In this document: positions 36,701 to 49,026 of the stretch, in pieces
How positions within the stretch are numbered: the stretch's first letter is position 1
How the letters are laid out: every line of letters begins with the position of its first letter
Assembly (NCBI RefSeq): GCF_036321535.1
Contig: NC_087454.1
Location: 17,360,001-17,424,000, forward strand
Direction of reading: 5' to 3'
Source: Camelus dromedarius
Lineage: Eukaryota
Length of the DNA: 64,000 bases
Translations under genes and position numbers: made by a program
The notes under the pieces: model-generated
Database searches by the model: none
Told to the model about the DNA's origin: nothing
Seen by the model: the letters and a program-made list of their open reading frames with translations, nothing else

Positions 36701-37554
36701 GAAACTAAAGCCCTTTATTACAGACATCACCCTCATCCACACACACATTTCCAATACTTTACCAATGTATTCTTCGCGTAGAAACATTTGGGTTGAACAA
36801 AAATGCACTTAAAGTATCTTCAATTTTAGATTATCTATCTAAAATGAGGATCGGTGACCGGCCGGCCAGGACAAAATGGCCGACTAAAGTTGGTTTCGAT
36901 GAGCTCAAATCCATCACCCATTTGTCGAAAGTTACACAATACGAGGGACTGAATGATCCCAGGTCCAGGCTTGCCCTGAGTGCAAAAGTCGTTGCTGCCG
37001 CTGTAATTACTTTTCAATGTTCCTTTGCTGCCACAGCAAACCACAATTCACAGAATGCAGGGCAAGGGCGCCTGCAGCCACTCCCCACCCAGGGCTGGAT
37101 GCTATCAACGCCCCAGAGACAAGAACTTGAGTTTCGAAAACATGGAGAACGCCCGAAATATCAGACACATTTCTCTATCAAGCGAAAAGGGCTAACGCAA
37201 CAGGAAGAAAACAGACTATGGAGGACCGCCACCAACCAATTAAACACAGAATGAAAATCATGGGGTGAAGGAGTGAACCAACCCGCGAGCAGGGCGGGAC
37301 TTTTAAATGAGTTGTTAGCCCAATCGGATGTCCCTTAAGACTACGAAACTGGCTGGATTTATTTGTGGTTGTTTTTGCTGTTCACAAGAGCGGAGCGGGG
37401 CGGGGCTGGCGGGTATCCCAAGTACTCAAGCCGCCGGAAAACGTTTGCTAACAGCTGACCGGGAGGCGAGCCAGAGGACTGTAGGGGGTAGGGGCAACCC
37501 CCTGAATTGGGGTCAGGTTCTGCACAGTAACAGAACCCACTCTCTCCCTCCCCA

Positions 37555-37643
37555 CCCCCCCCAGTCTCCCTCCATCCCCCCCCAATCTCCCTCCATCCCC
37601 CCCCAATCTCCCTCCATCCCCCCCCAATCTCCCTCCATCCCCC
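37555..37643. repeat. 21-bp C-rich minisatellite, about 4 copies
   Basis: Unit CCCCCCCAATCTCCCTCCATC; appears as PPQSPSI repeated four times in the ORF track. Confidence 0.9.
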
Positions 37644-37773
37644 TTGCTCTTTTCTACTCGGCAGCCAACTGACAGAAGAATGACTCCTGCGCCACTCTAC
37701 CCTATAAATATAAAGGCGAAACGAAAGAGCAGGTAAAGCAGGCATGTACAGCTCTTTTTTTGATATCAGTGGT

Positions 37774-37789
37774 GGCTCTGAAAAGAGCC
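37774..37789 (-). terminator. Histone 3' stem-loop of H1-2
   Basis: GGCTCTTTTCAGAGCC followed by ACCA on minus; AAAAAGAGCTGT downstream element. Confidence 0.95.
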
Positions 37790-37822
37790 GTTTTGGGTTT
37801 AAAGAAGCAGAAGCTCAACAAT

Positions 37823-38464
37823 CTACTTCTTTTTGGGTGCAGCCTTCTTGGGTTTGGCAACCTTGGGCTTGGCGGCTTTGGGCTTCACTGCTTTAGCTGC
37901 GCTCTTGGCAGCCTTCTTAGGCTTGGGAGCCTTAGCCTTCTTTGGACTCTTAGCCACTTTCTTGGTTACAGCAGCCGCCGCTGGCTTCTTCGCCTTCTTC
38001 GGGGTCTTCTTAGCGCTTTTTTTCGGAGTGGCCGCGCCCGCGGCCTTCTTGGGCTTCTTAGCTGCCCCAGCAGTCTTCTTGGGTTTGGCCGCACCCGCTT
38101 TCTTAGCTTTGGGCTTGGCTTCCCCAGTGGCCGCCTTCTTGTTGAGCTTAAAAGAGCCGGAGGCACCGGTGCCCTTAGTCTGCACCAAGGTTCCCTTGCT
38201 TACCAGGCTTTTAAGACCCAACTTGATGCGGCTGTTGTTCTTCTCCACATCGTAGCCAGCGGCCGCCAGCGCCTTCTTGAGCGCAGCCAGGGATACGCCA
38301 CTGCGCTCTTTGGAAGCGGCAACAGCCTTGGTGATGAGCTCCGACACCGGGGGCCCGGAGGCCTTACGGCGCGCCCCAGCCGGTTTCTTGGCAGCTTTTT
38401 TCTTGACTGGGGTCTTCTCCGCCGGGGGCGCGGCGGCAGGAGCGGCAGGAGCAGTCTCCGACAT
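37823..38464 (-). CDS. H1-2: Linker histone H1.2, 213 aa
   Basis: Intact ORF with H1.2-type length and C-terminal tail; position next to HFE. Confidence 0.96.
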   Translation of the reverse strand: MSETAPAAPAAAPPAEKTPVKKKAAKKPAGARRKASGPPVSELITKAVAASKERSGVSLAALKKALAAAGYDVEKNNSRIKLGLKSLVSKGTLVQTKGTGASGSFKLNKKAATGEAKPKAKKAGAAKPKKTAGAAKKPKKAAGAATPKKSAKKTPKKAKKPAAAAVTKKVAKSPKKAKAPKPKKAAKSAAKAVKPKAAKPKVAKPKKAAPKKK

Positions 38465-38533
38465 GCTGAAGATCTAGGACTCGGGTACAAGTGGCAAAAA
38501 CGCCGATGGAGCTGTGCTTGGGCCAGGCCGCCG

Positions 38534-38980
38534 TATATATAGAGCGCAGGCGCGCGCTGATTGGTGCTCCAGTCGCCCGGCTGCCTGGCAGACTCTGAGC
38601 CGCCGCGGTGCGCCCAAGTTGTGTTTGTTCCACTTCACAAAAGGGGGAAAATATTAAAATGCTCCGCACCAAATCACCCGGATTTGGTCGGGAAGGGATC
38701 CGAGAAGCCTCAGGCTTCGTGTTCTCCATTTATTTTTTCTGCAACCACAAAGACTACGCATCCAGGCGTCCCCAATTCCCCCAACTCCTAGGGAAGTCCT
38801 GGGCAGTCAGAGACCACTTTCTGTTTTTCTTCTAAATTACCTGTTCGCTCCTTCGCCCCTGAAACTTCTTTTTCTCAGGGGTGGTTGGGTACATGCTTCC
38901 CTTCTTTTAGGACCAAAACCGAAATGGTTTCCACCTAGATTTTCACTATAATTATGTTTCTTCGCAAGGGAAGTAACACA
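38534..38980 (-). promoter_or_regulatory. H1-2 promoter: TATA, CCAAT, H1/AC box, upstream TG box
   Basis: TATATATA at 38534-38541; ATTGG at 38560-38564; AAACACA on minus at 38620-38626; TGTGTTA on minus at 38974-38980. Confidence 0.8.
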
Positions 38981-41900
38981 GGTCCTCTGTGAATTCTGTG
39001 TACAGACCCACAGGAACTGTGGACTGGGACAAGGATTCTGGGGCCAGTCCAAAGCAGTTAGGGCGGGATGGAGGGGGTTCGTAAGCCTTGGGGGGTCCTG
39101 GATGGTGGGGGGTTAGAGACTTAAATCTTTGATTTGAAGACATTGAAACTCTTTATCAAATCCCTCTTTTACAGACGGGGGCGGGGCACCTTTTCACTTC
39201 TCCAAAGGCGAGAAATTGGGCTGTTTTTTAAAAACTCTCAGGTTCCCCTCTGGGTTATGCAAGGCAGGGGGTCTGACCCTCAAGAATAGGAATAATAAGG
39301 GAAGAAGGGAGGCCCCCTGAGCCTGCAAATAACCTCCAATAGTTCTGGCAGGGAGGGACATTGAGATGATCTGTTTTCAAAGAAAACAAGCATTTATATA
39401 TTTATTTTTCTATGCTGCATTAAAGAGATGAATTTCAGCACATGAAAATTGTAGGTTACTTCCAGTAACAATATCTAACACGTCATGGTATAGAAGGACA
39501 CTCTAACTGGGAACTCAAAGCTGTAGATGGAAATAAAGTAACTGAATTTAACAAGATACACTTTGACTTTTAAGATGAACTAGAAATTTGAAATAGAAAC
39601 AATTAGATGGCAAAATTTTAAACAGAAATAGAGGAAAAGTACTAGAACAAATCAATCATTATGCCACTTTTCGCTGATAAACTCACCTCTTCTCAACCCT
39701 TCTAAAGTTGGCCGTTTGTATTCTATTCTTTACTACTACATCTAGATGAAAATATGTACAGAAGATGTCAGTCTGAGATGTGATAGTCAAAAGGGGTTAT
39801 ACAAATTGAGCTTAGTGATGAATGAAAAATGAGGCATCTTCTTTTAGACTGAGGATAACGCCATGGTTTCACTGAATGACAGTCATTCAACATGTGGAAA
39901 CTGTGTCTACTGGTCATGTCCTCTGGGAATTTAACAGCCTAATGAGATTAGTGATGGATGAATTAACAACCGTAGAAAATCACTTTAGACCTGCCATCCG
40001 TCAGTGTGACTCTGGCATAGGAATTATAAGAAATCACTGAAAGTGTACAAACAACTAAAGTATCTTCATCATACTAATATATTTTGGTAAAAAAGATAAA
40101 ATAAGTACCGGCCACTCAGTTCTGATTCTATGTGCAGTGAGCCCGGCTCTTCATCTGAAACTATGCTAAGTGTGCATAACCACCAGGAAAATAGTTGTTT
40201 AGAGTCTTGATTACCAGGCCACTGAACCTCCCATCACTATAAATTGGTGTCCCTCTTTGCAAATCAGCAGTGTGTAAATTTGATTTACTGTGATTCAGTT
40301 TTCTGATATGATCTCTCAGTTTAAGTCAATCAAATTACATCTCTCTATATGCAAATCTGAAGTCCAGATCTCTCGTGATTAGGACACCAGGCATTCAAAG
40401 TCTTGCTCCCAACTTCCTGGACACATGGTGGAGGCCAGAGGGCAGAAAAACAAGTAGCCCTTCTCCAGATCCCTATAACTCGTGTTGAGAAAAGTTAAAA
40501 ACAAAGCAAAGTTATTTCTTCAGATCTTTTCAAGGTGTACTAGAAAATTCTGTAAGTCCACTTGTGGGTCATCGGATATGCTAAGGCCATGCTTTACAAT
40601 AAAATAGAACATGAGTCACACCTGTAATGTTGTTTTCTAGTAGTCACAATGAAAAAAGTAAAAAGACACCGATGAATTTAATTTTAATAATATGTTTTAT
40701 TTGACTCAGTAAATCCACACTACTATTACTTCAACATGTAATCAGTATTTTAAAAACTAAGATGGTTTCTGTTCTTTTTTTCATATGGTAAATCTTCAAA
40801 ATCTGGTGCATATTTTACACTTGTACAATTTCACACTAGCCACATTACAAGTGTTCAGTGACCCCCACGTGGTTAATAGCTGACATACTGGACAAAAATA
40901 TTTAGCAAAAGTAACTTCGACTTAATATTTACTTTTTGATTAGGCTCAGAGTATGTAAAATCAGATGTTCACTTGTAGAAGACTGATACATTAATAAGGG
41001 TTTTGTTCAGTAGAGATGGAAATGAATTCTTTTCCGGAGCAAAGATAACCCCTAAAAGTTCTGATTGTATCGCCTAATAGGACAGTAACCAACTTTGTAT
41101 CTGATTTTTTCAGCCTTCCAGCATTCTTTCCTGCCCTGACTGAATACGTATTTCATTCCGCCGTATCCTACTTTGACCTAATTTTGTCATCCTCCTTGCT
41201 TGCTCATTAATACTTAAGTCATTCTCTGACCCGTGTGCAAATTCCCCATACTCAGTACTTGTATGAGAGTCACGTTTTGAAAATTATACTTTGACACTTG
41301 GTTAGTCAGTTTGTCCTACAGGCTCTGAATCAGAATCTTTAGAAACCATTCTAAAACATTGGAGGATATGCAATTTTTTGACCATTGGCTTTCAAATGAC
41401 CTTAGAGCCTATGGATGTCCTGTGGAATCTCAGCCTTTCAAATAAGATTGAACAAACCTGTAAACAACAAAAAAACCTATGAAAATGAGCTCCAAGGGAA
41501 AATTCAGATTAAGGATGTGGTCTTTCACTCAAAATTGGTGGGCCCAAGATAGCCAGCAATAAATTGAGGGCAGGATTACATATTGCAATGCAATAAATGG
41601 TGTGCTCCTATATTTACACACAGTCTGAATATTATGGATTGGCTAACTGGTTCATGTCTTTCAGGTTTGGAAATTTGGTGGACTAAGTTAAAGAAGCAGA
41701 GTACTGTATTAAGTCCAAATGGAGCTGGAGAGAGAAAGAGACTTAAATAGCCAGCGAGAAGAGTGGTTGGAACAAGTGTATGGATCAGGGGCTGACAACT
41801 GATTTTTCTTTCACTTCCTCCTTCTATCATGCCAGAAGAGGGTTCTGTCTGCTTGTTATAGGCCCCAAGTGGAAGTGACTAAAACTTGCTTTTTCCTGAC

Positions 41901-43729
41901 TCACCAAGGGATGAGGCTAATATTAGCAGCCAATCCATGAGCTTGCCTGCTCAAGGAGCGTAAAGTGTAGTGCTTCAGTGCACCCAGGACCGACGATATA
42001 GGACAGCCTGAAAAAAATACACAGGAAAGAACTGTAGCCTGCATAAGATTGTAGGCCCTCCAGTCTTGTTTCTTTGTTCAGCCTCACAAACCATTCTTAC
42101 AAATAATCCAGAGCAACTTTTGTCTTTTTTTCAATCTCTACAGGCAAATGGTCGACAATGAAACAACAGACCTGAACCAACATGTTTCCCCCAGGAGCCT
42201 GTGGGCACCTCAAGGGCTGAGACCAAAGTTTCTGTTTCTTATCCCCTGACCCACCCTCAAAATACACTAGGGAAACCAACAGAGAACATAATAATAAAGC
42301 ATATGGTAGGACTCAATAAATACATAGAGAGTATCACCAAAGGAACAATACAGTGCAAAACATATCTACCTAATATTTTGAAATTGCTATTAGAACCACG
42401 TAACTGAGACAAGAGGGCATTAATAGCAACTTTATTCTTCAGGCTTGTTTTCAAATGACTTTAAATGGTTTCAAAAGTCAAACGTACCCTCAAAAGAAAA
42501 GGATTTGTCAATAGCGAGAAGATACGCATCTTTACATCTTTTCAGTTTAGGCCTCTAATGAAGGCAATTATAAAGCACCAGATGCAAACATATATTAGGC
42601 GATAGCCTTAACCAAAATAAAGACATGCCCTTACACAATGACTACTTTGGAGGAAACGGGCATATAAATTTTGATAGATTTGTTAGGACATATTATTGCG
42701 TTTTATTTCTCGCTCATTACTATGCCACACACGCGCTTTTCACAAACTTACTGAACACTTGTTAAGCAAAGGATGCTAGGAGAGATAAGAAAAACAAAGA
42801 CCAGCCAAACAAAGTGTCTCCTCTTAAGGAATTAGACATGGTGGGACAGCTACAGACAGTGTAATTGTCACACAGTGTGATAAATCTGATAGGAAAAACA
42901 GACCACTGAGAGAACAAAAAGATCAAAACCCCAAAATGTTAATATGCTGATTAAACCTTTGCTTTCAAGGCCTTACCAATCCGGTTGGGAAATTAAGACA
43001 TCAGAGAAGAGCCTAGAACTGTGGTTCTCAAAACTTTAGATTTCAGGATCCCTTCACATTCCTGAAAATGAGTAGCCCCCACCCCAAAAGTTTTGTTAAG
43101 GTAAGTTACATATATATATAGATATTTACTACTTTAGAAATTAAAACTGAGTATTAAATTTAATAATTTATGTTTATATGATGTTTATTAAATATAAAAT
43201 TAATTATATTTATTTATAATTAACAAATAGCATATAATATATTCATTTACATTACATACTATAGATTTGCATACAAAATGTATACTATATAATGTTATGT
43301 ATACTATAGTTATGTATAAAACATAATAGTATAAAATATATTACTACTATATATTTATATATAAATCTCTCTATAGTATATATAGTATTATATATATACT
43401 TTATTTACTACATATACTATAGATTTGTATATGAAATCTATGAAAATGTAATGCTATATATAATATTATGTGTTATAAATTTATTGAACACTATGTGCTA
43501 ACAAGGATAAAGTCATTTAAAGGGTTTGTGGCTTGACAACGTGCTTAAGATCAATCCAGAGACTTCATTGTAACACACATGCCCCAGACAAAACCCCAAG
43601 AAGTAGATTGCACTGAAGTGTAGGTTGTATAAAAATCCAATTATCAATTTAATAAATGGGATTTGTTTTGGTCTCAACCCTTTCCTGCCCAAAGGCATTT
43701 ACAATATAGGATGTGGTTAGCACCAATAG

Positions 43730-43743
43730 GCACTAGATGGCGT
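43730..43743 (+). promoter_or_regulatory. Candidate CTCF motif, forward
   Basis: GCACTAGATGGCGT, 12/14 match to CCACTAGATGGCGC. Confidence 0.5.
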
Positions 43744-45238
43744 TCCAAATTAAAACCACGCTTGGCGGACAGCTGATGCTCCTGGCTTCCTGGCTAAGTC
43801 ATCAATCATTAACTTTGGGTTGACATATTACTCAGAGATTTCAAAATTCATTCGTATACAGTGTTTTAATGGGCAGAAATGATTATTACTTACAATTGAT
43901 GGTGACAATATTGAGAAGTTATGAGACTGGAGTAAGGCCCCAAAGCAGTCAGGTACGAGGCTGGCTACCACAACTTTTGGAGTCAATAATCTATAAAAAG
44001 AAAGAAATTGTCAAATGGACAAGAAACCCGTGGTTGATTTATTCATTTCTCCCAAACAATTATTAAGCAAGAGAACCACAAATAACTACTCTCGTAGTGC
44101 TTAGAATAAAGGGGAAAAGACATAGGAAAAGGATGGACAGAAATGTTTTACGTCCACCAGTACAGTGTAGAGACCAAAGGAGGAAATGGCCAATTTAACC
44201 AAATCATAGGAGTAGAAACAGTCGCTTGGAGAAGACATTTCCATTGTGTATTAAATGTGCATAACAAATTCGGCATAAGAACTCCAGGGATGTAGAGAGA
44301 CTGCATATATTTTATCTTTTTAAATTATTATCATTTTAATAGTGAGATAACCACAATATAGGCAATCTGTGAGAAGATACTGACCTGTAACCTGGTAGGG
44401 AGCAACATCCTCTGATTAAAAAATGTCATTGATAATAAGATTATTATATTAGGATATGTAATAATAATAAACATGGTTTAGTCTTGATTACATGCCAGGC
44501 ACTGTCCTGAGGGCATCATTTATCAATTTTTGATTTTTTTATTTAATTCTAAATAATACTTTATGAAATAGATGTTATCACCTCTTTACAATTGAGAAAA
44601 TTGAAAAGAGCATTTAAGTGGCTTTGCAGTAGAACTTTGCCTTGCAGACTGATTCATGTGCCTTTAAAGCACACATATATACTCATCAGAAATGAGATAA
44701 AATAGGGCAGTTTATAAAAACTCAGGTTATACTAAAGTGAGCAAGGGTAGACTCTGTTGTTTTTCTCGTCAGTAATGAAAAGTATATAGATGGGCAGTTT
44801 CCACTGGAAGATATTAAATATTGAGGACATTTTCTCCCTTAAAGTTTCTAAGATTTCTGAAAGAGCTGAATGGTAACAATTGACAAAAGTAGTCATTGCT
44901 TTGGCCTCAAACTCTTCCCAAATCAAATAGACGTTTACACCATGGTATATCATACAGATGACATTGTAAACCAAAGGGTATTACATACAGTTTATTCTTA
45001 ATCTGCCAGTTCTGTAATTATTACTTCCTATGGGTGTCTATATCTGTCAACAATTTTAAGAGGTCATTCATATAGAGTATGATTTGGTGAGCAGTAATTA
45101 TTATCCCCATTTGACAGATGAGCAGTTTGAGGTTTGGAGAAGCTGGAGTAAGGTTATGTACAGTTAAACACCAGGAATAAGCAACCAGGTCTTCGGACTC
45201 ACAGGTAGATAGATAAGATTTGCACTAAGAAATGGAAT

Positions 45239-45742
45239 TGTCAAGAGAACCAGAAGCTGTGAAACTTCACGTCTTTACCTACAACTCTTATTGGTCATAG
45301 GAGATCTCAGGCCTCAGCCTGCCTAAAATGCCAGAAGCATTTATCAACCTGACTTTAAACTTCACAAGTTTTTCTCTAGTTTTTTCACAGACCCTTCTAA
45401 GCATCTTTGTTCTAGGCACAAGGATATTAGAGTTCCAAAGCGGGAGGTGAACATAATACCCATCAGAAGAAAGGTGACCACTGCATCTACAAAAACACGG
45501 ACAACTTTGCAACAAGTTGTTATCATGTATGTGATCTCTATGGAAACCCACACCCTTTCTTCAGTTCTTACTATAAAACCCCCTTCTTCTTTTCCCCGCA
45601 GGCTCACTGTCTCGGAGATATCAGCTCACTGTAATTTTCTTTGCCTGGCAAAGAAATAAAGCTGTCTTTTCTACTTCATCCAAAACTCTGCCCTCAAGTC
45701 TCAATTCAGTAAGTGGGGTACAGAGGCCGAGTTTCAGCAACC
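45239..45742 (+). mobile_element. ERV solo LTR upstream of HFE
   Basis: TG start; CTATAAAACCCCC near 45570; AATAAA at ~45654; U5-like end GGCCGAGTTTCAGCAAC; no clear TSD. Confidence 0.7.
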
Positions 45743-46175
45743 AGTTTAGCATGGTTCCTAGCAAGTAGAGTTTACTCTTACCACCATTACATCTCATGAT
45801 TTTTTTAACTTAAAGAAACCAACTTGCAGTTAAGTATGCTAAATGAACACGTCGGTTTTGCTCCTTCTCTAAACCCCATCCAGTGACAGTAAAGAGTTTC
45901 ACAAAGAAGGCAGAAACCCTCAAAGATGAAGAGAATGTGAGAAGGAACAACAACCCAATAGAGGTGTAAACAGAATTTTAGAAACTGGACAGCAGATGGG
46001 TGAATGCTAAACATCTCATCAGACTAGAGAAAGCTGTATCCACCACCTTTAGGGGAAAAAACCCATAAGAAACAAATAAATTCCCTGCCAGACAACCCTA
46101 GACAGATTTAGGTCTTTGAGACATCAAGTACCTCTGAGGTCAAGGTTAGGAGCAGGATTGAAAACAGGCAGATTT

Positions 46176-46311
46176 GGCGGGGTGGGTACAGTTCAGTGGT
46201 AGAGCATATGCTTAGCGTGTATGAGGTCTTGAGCTCAATCCCCAGTATCTCCATTAAAAAAATAAATAAATAAAATAAGAAAGTTAAAAAATTATTAAAA
46301 AAAAAAAAAAA
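46176..46311 (+). mobile_element. tRNA-derived SINE (camelid-type) with A-rich tail
   Basis: A-box-like CAGTTCAGTGGTAGAGC and degenerate B box; poly-A tail; perfect 16-bp TSD GAAAACAGGCAGATTT at 46160-46175 and 46312-46327. Confidence 0.92.
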
Positions 46312-47029
46312 GAAAACAGGCAGATTTGTTAGAAATCTGTGAAAGAAGAATTTTGATGCCCAGATTATCTCCGTACATTAACAGCCAGGTGGTTGCTCGA
46401 GCCCAGCCCAGCTGAAGGACAGACTTTTCCTTTGGTGACATTGAATCAGAGGGACCCTGGACTCAGAGGCCTCTGGCATTGCTGAAGATGAAAGTGCAGT
46501 ACAAAACAGAAAATAGGGCTTTAAAGAAAATCTGTGTACATAAAATGAAATCCTCCCAGCCCCTTTCCCTGTTTGTCTCCCAAAACGGAGTGATCAGCAA
46601 TGAACTATCCAGTTGCTTCTGTTATAACATGGTATAAACATTCCTGAAAAAACCCATATTCCTTAAAAAAAAAAAAAAAGCCCCAGAATTGACAGGGTTG
46701 ATGGAAAAACAGGATTGGACAGACAACGCAAAGCAGATAAGCACAAGAGAGAAGTAACTGCTTTCCTCAGAGATACCCAGAGTAGGTTTTTATGTAACTT
46801 ACAACATTGCATTGATGTTCAGTTGAGTGAATTAATAAATAATCATGAGATGGATACTGAGATCATTTCTAAGTGAGAACATTGAAACATCTTCTAAGCC
46901 TAACTTTCAGTTCATATGCTTTTGCTTCTTATTTTTATATGTTTTAGAGAGACTGTATATTTGGGTCTATAAATGAGCATATTTACTTTGGCTATTTTGA
47001 GTAGACCTAAACAAATAACCTAGCATTGA

Positions 47030-47410
47030 TATCATCAGAATCCCAGGAGACGAGAAAGAACTAGCTGAAAGAGTATTTGAAGAAATAATGTCTCAGATTT
47101 TCAAAATGTAGTCAAGGAAATAAAGTGAATAAACCTCAAATAAAATATAACCAAAGAAACTCATGCCAAACACTTCATAATTAAAATTCTAGAAAGACAA
47201 TTTTGTTTGTCTAAAGACAAACAAACAAACAAAAATCTTGAAAGCAGCCAGAAAGAAACTATCACTGTCCACTATTCACTATCACCTGAGTGGAAATATC
47301 AACTCAGGTGACAGTGAATTCCTCATCTGAATAAATGGAGACCAGAAGGAATTGACACCCATTTTTTAGGTGTGAAAGAAAATAACTGTCAACCCAAAAT
47401 TCTGTATCTT
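47030..47410 (+). mobile_element. Old L1 ORF1 remnant
   Basis: ATTTGAAGAAATAATG...CATAATTAAAATTCTAGAAA...AAAATCTTGAAAGCAGCCAGA resembles L1M ORF1. Confidence 0.65.
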
Positions 47411-47439
47411 TTAGGTATTTTAGGTATCCTTTAGATACT

Positions 47440-47885
47440 GAAGGTATCCTTTATCATATCTTTTAATATCTGGTAAACCTGTTTCCCTGAGTTCTAGAAG
47501 GCACTCTAGCAAATTAATTGAACTCAGGGAGTCAAACCTCCCATCTATAGCCAATCTGTCAGAAGCATAAGTGATAAACTGGGCTTGTGACTGACATCTA
47601 AAATGGGAGTGGGGAGGAGGCCAGTCTTGCGGGACTGAGCGCTTAACCTGTCTCCAGGCAGATAGTGTCATAATTGAGTTAAATGCTAGGACACTCAGCT
47701 GTGTCAGAGATTTGCTTGTTGTTGTGGGGGAAAATCTCCACACTTTTGGTTACTGAAAGTGTCAGAAGTAAAGTGTTTTGTATGAGTTGTAAGGGAGACT
47801 CGCAGAAATTAAAAAAAATTTATATACAGTATGGAAGAACTGAGTTTTTCCTTGCATAGGAAGGAAAAAGCTGAGTTTTTCCTTT
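47440..47885. mobile_element. MER21-like LTR
   Basis: GTTTCCCTGAGTTCT...CTCTAGCAAATTAAT...CCAGGCAGATAGTGTCA motifs. Confidence 0.75.
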
Positions 47886-48950
47886 ACACACACGGAACAG
47901 AATGAAGTTGGACCTCTATCTCACACTATACCTAAAAATCGACTCAAAATGGAGAAAAGACATAAACGTAAGAACTAAAATTATAAACTGTTAGAAGAAA
48001 ATATAGGTGTAAATCGTTGCAACCTTGGATTTGTCAGTGGTCTCTTCGATGTGACACCAAAAAGCAACAAAGCAACATTTTCCCCATCCTGTTTCATAAC
48101 CCCATACAGTTAAAGGGCCTTACTTTCCAAGTTAGACTTTTTTCTTAGGTGGCCAAAATTTGCTAACGTGCTTAAAAGGGTATTAGTTATTCGATTTATT
48201 AGGCATTTAAAGGTATTAGGAAAATCAGATTTTAATAACGTTTGAAATGGATAAGGCAATAGTTCTGAAACTTTATACTGTGTGTTGGGGTGGTGGGGGG
48301 GAGGTGCTTGAAATCCCAGTGCCCTGGTGGCACCCCACAGCAGTTAAATCTGAGTGTCTGGGGGCTATAGCCCAGGGCATCAATAGGTTTTCTGATTCTC
48401 CAAGTGATTCCAATGTGCAGTAAAGTTTGTGAAATGCAATTTAATTATGTAAACTGTGAAAGATGTTTCCGTAGGTAGGACCTAATCTGTTAATCTTATG
48501 ATGTAACTAATTCTGGTCAAAGAATATAACTTTTTATGCAAAAATATTTCTAGATTAAACAAGATTGGCGAATTGAACTTAAAGTCTTTGAAAAGGCATA
48601 CCTAAATTTTCAAGTTACTCAATATTGAAATCTTAAATATTTCGATCAGAAAATCATTCAGTATGCTTACTTCAATCAGCAACATCCTCTGGATTTAAAA
48701 ACCAGAGACAGCTGGGTAACCGAGTGTTTCACAAGCAGGTACTCTGGGCTGCAGGAAAGAGAGTTCAAGTGCAGGAAACCCATTTCTTTTCACCAGTGGC
48801 CCCGGAAAAGGATCTCACTGGCCAGGAAGTTTGATCTGGGATCCCCGCAGCCTCGGCAATGGCTCCAGGGTGACTTCTTGGGTCATTCCGGTTTCCCTGC
48901 CCTACCCAAGCGGCTGAAACGCTCCACTACGCGCGGTCCGAGCCGGGGAA

Positions 48951-49026
48951 ATGGGCCCGCGAGCCCGGCCGGCGCTTCTCCTGCTGATCCTCCTGCGGAC
49001 AGTGGACACGCAGGGGCGACCGCGGC
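48951..49026 (+). CDS. HFE: HFE exon 1 (signal peptide)
   Basis: MGPRARPALLLLILL...; 76 nt coding; donor GTGAGT at 49027; lies in a CpG island. Confidence 0.95.

Noticed and set aside
38370-38420. H1.2 N-terminal differences from human (TPVKK present, GTPRK absent)
   Set aside because: Matches what I recall of bovine H1.2, so not unusual
43140-43490. Very AT-rich tract with short palindromes
   Set aside because: Low-complexity TA-rich decay next to a hAT remnant
46176-46255. Possible tRNA gene
   Set aside because: A/B-box-like motifs, but poly-A tail, 16-bp TSD and no cloverleaf identify a SINE; I found no true tRNA gene in the window
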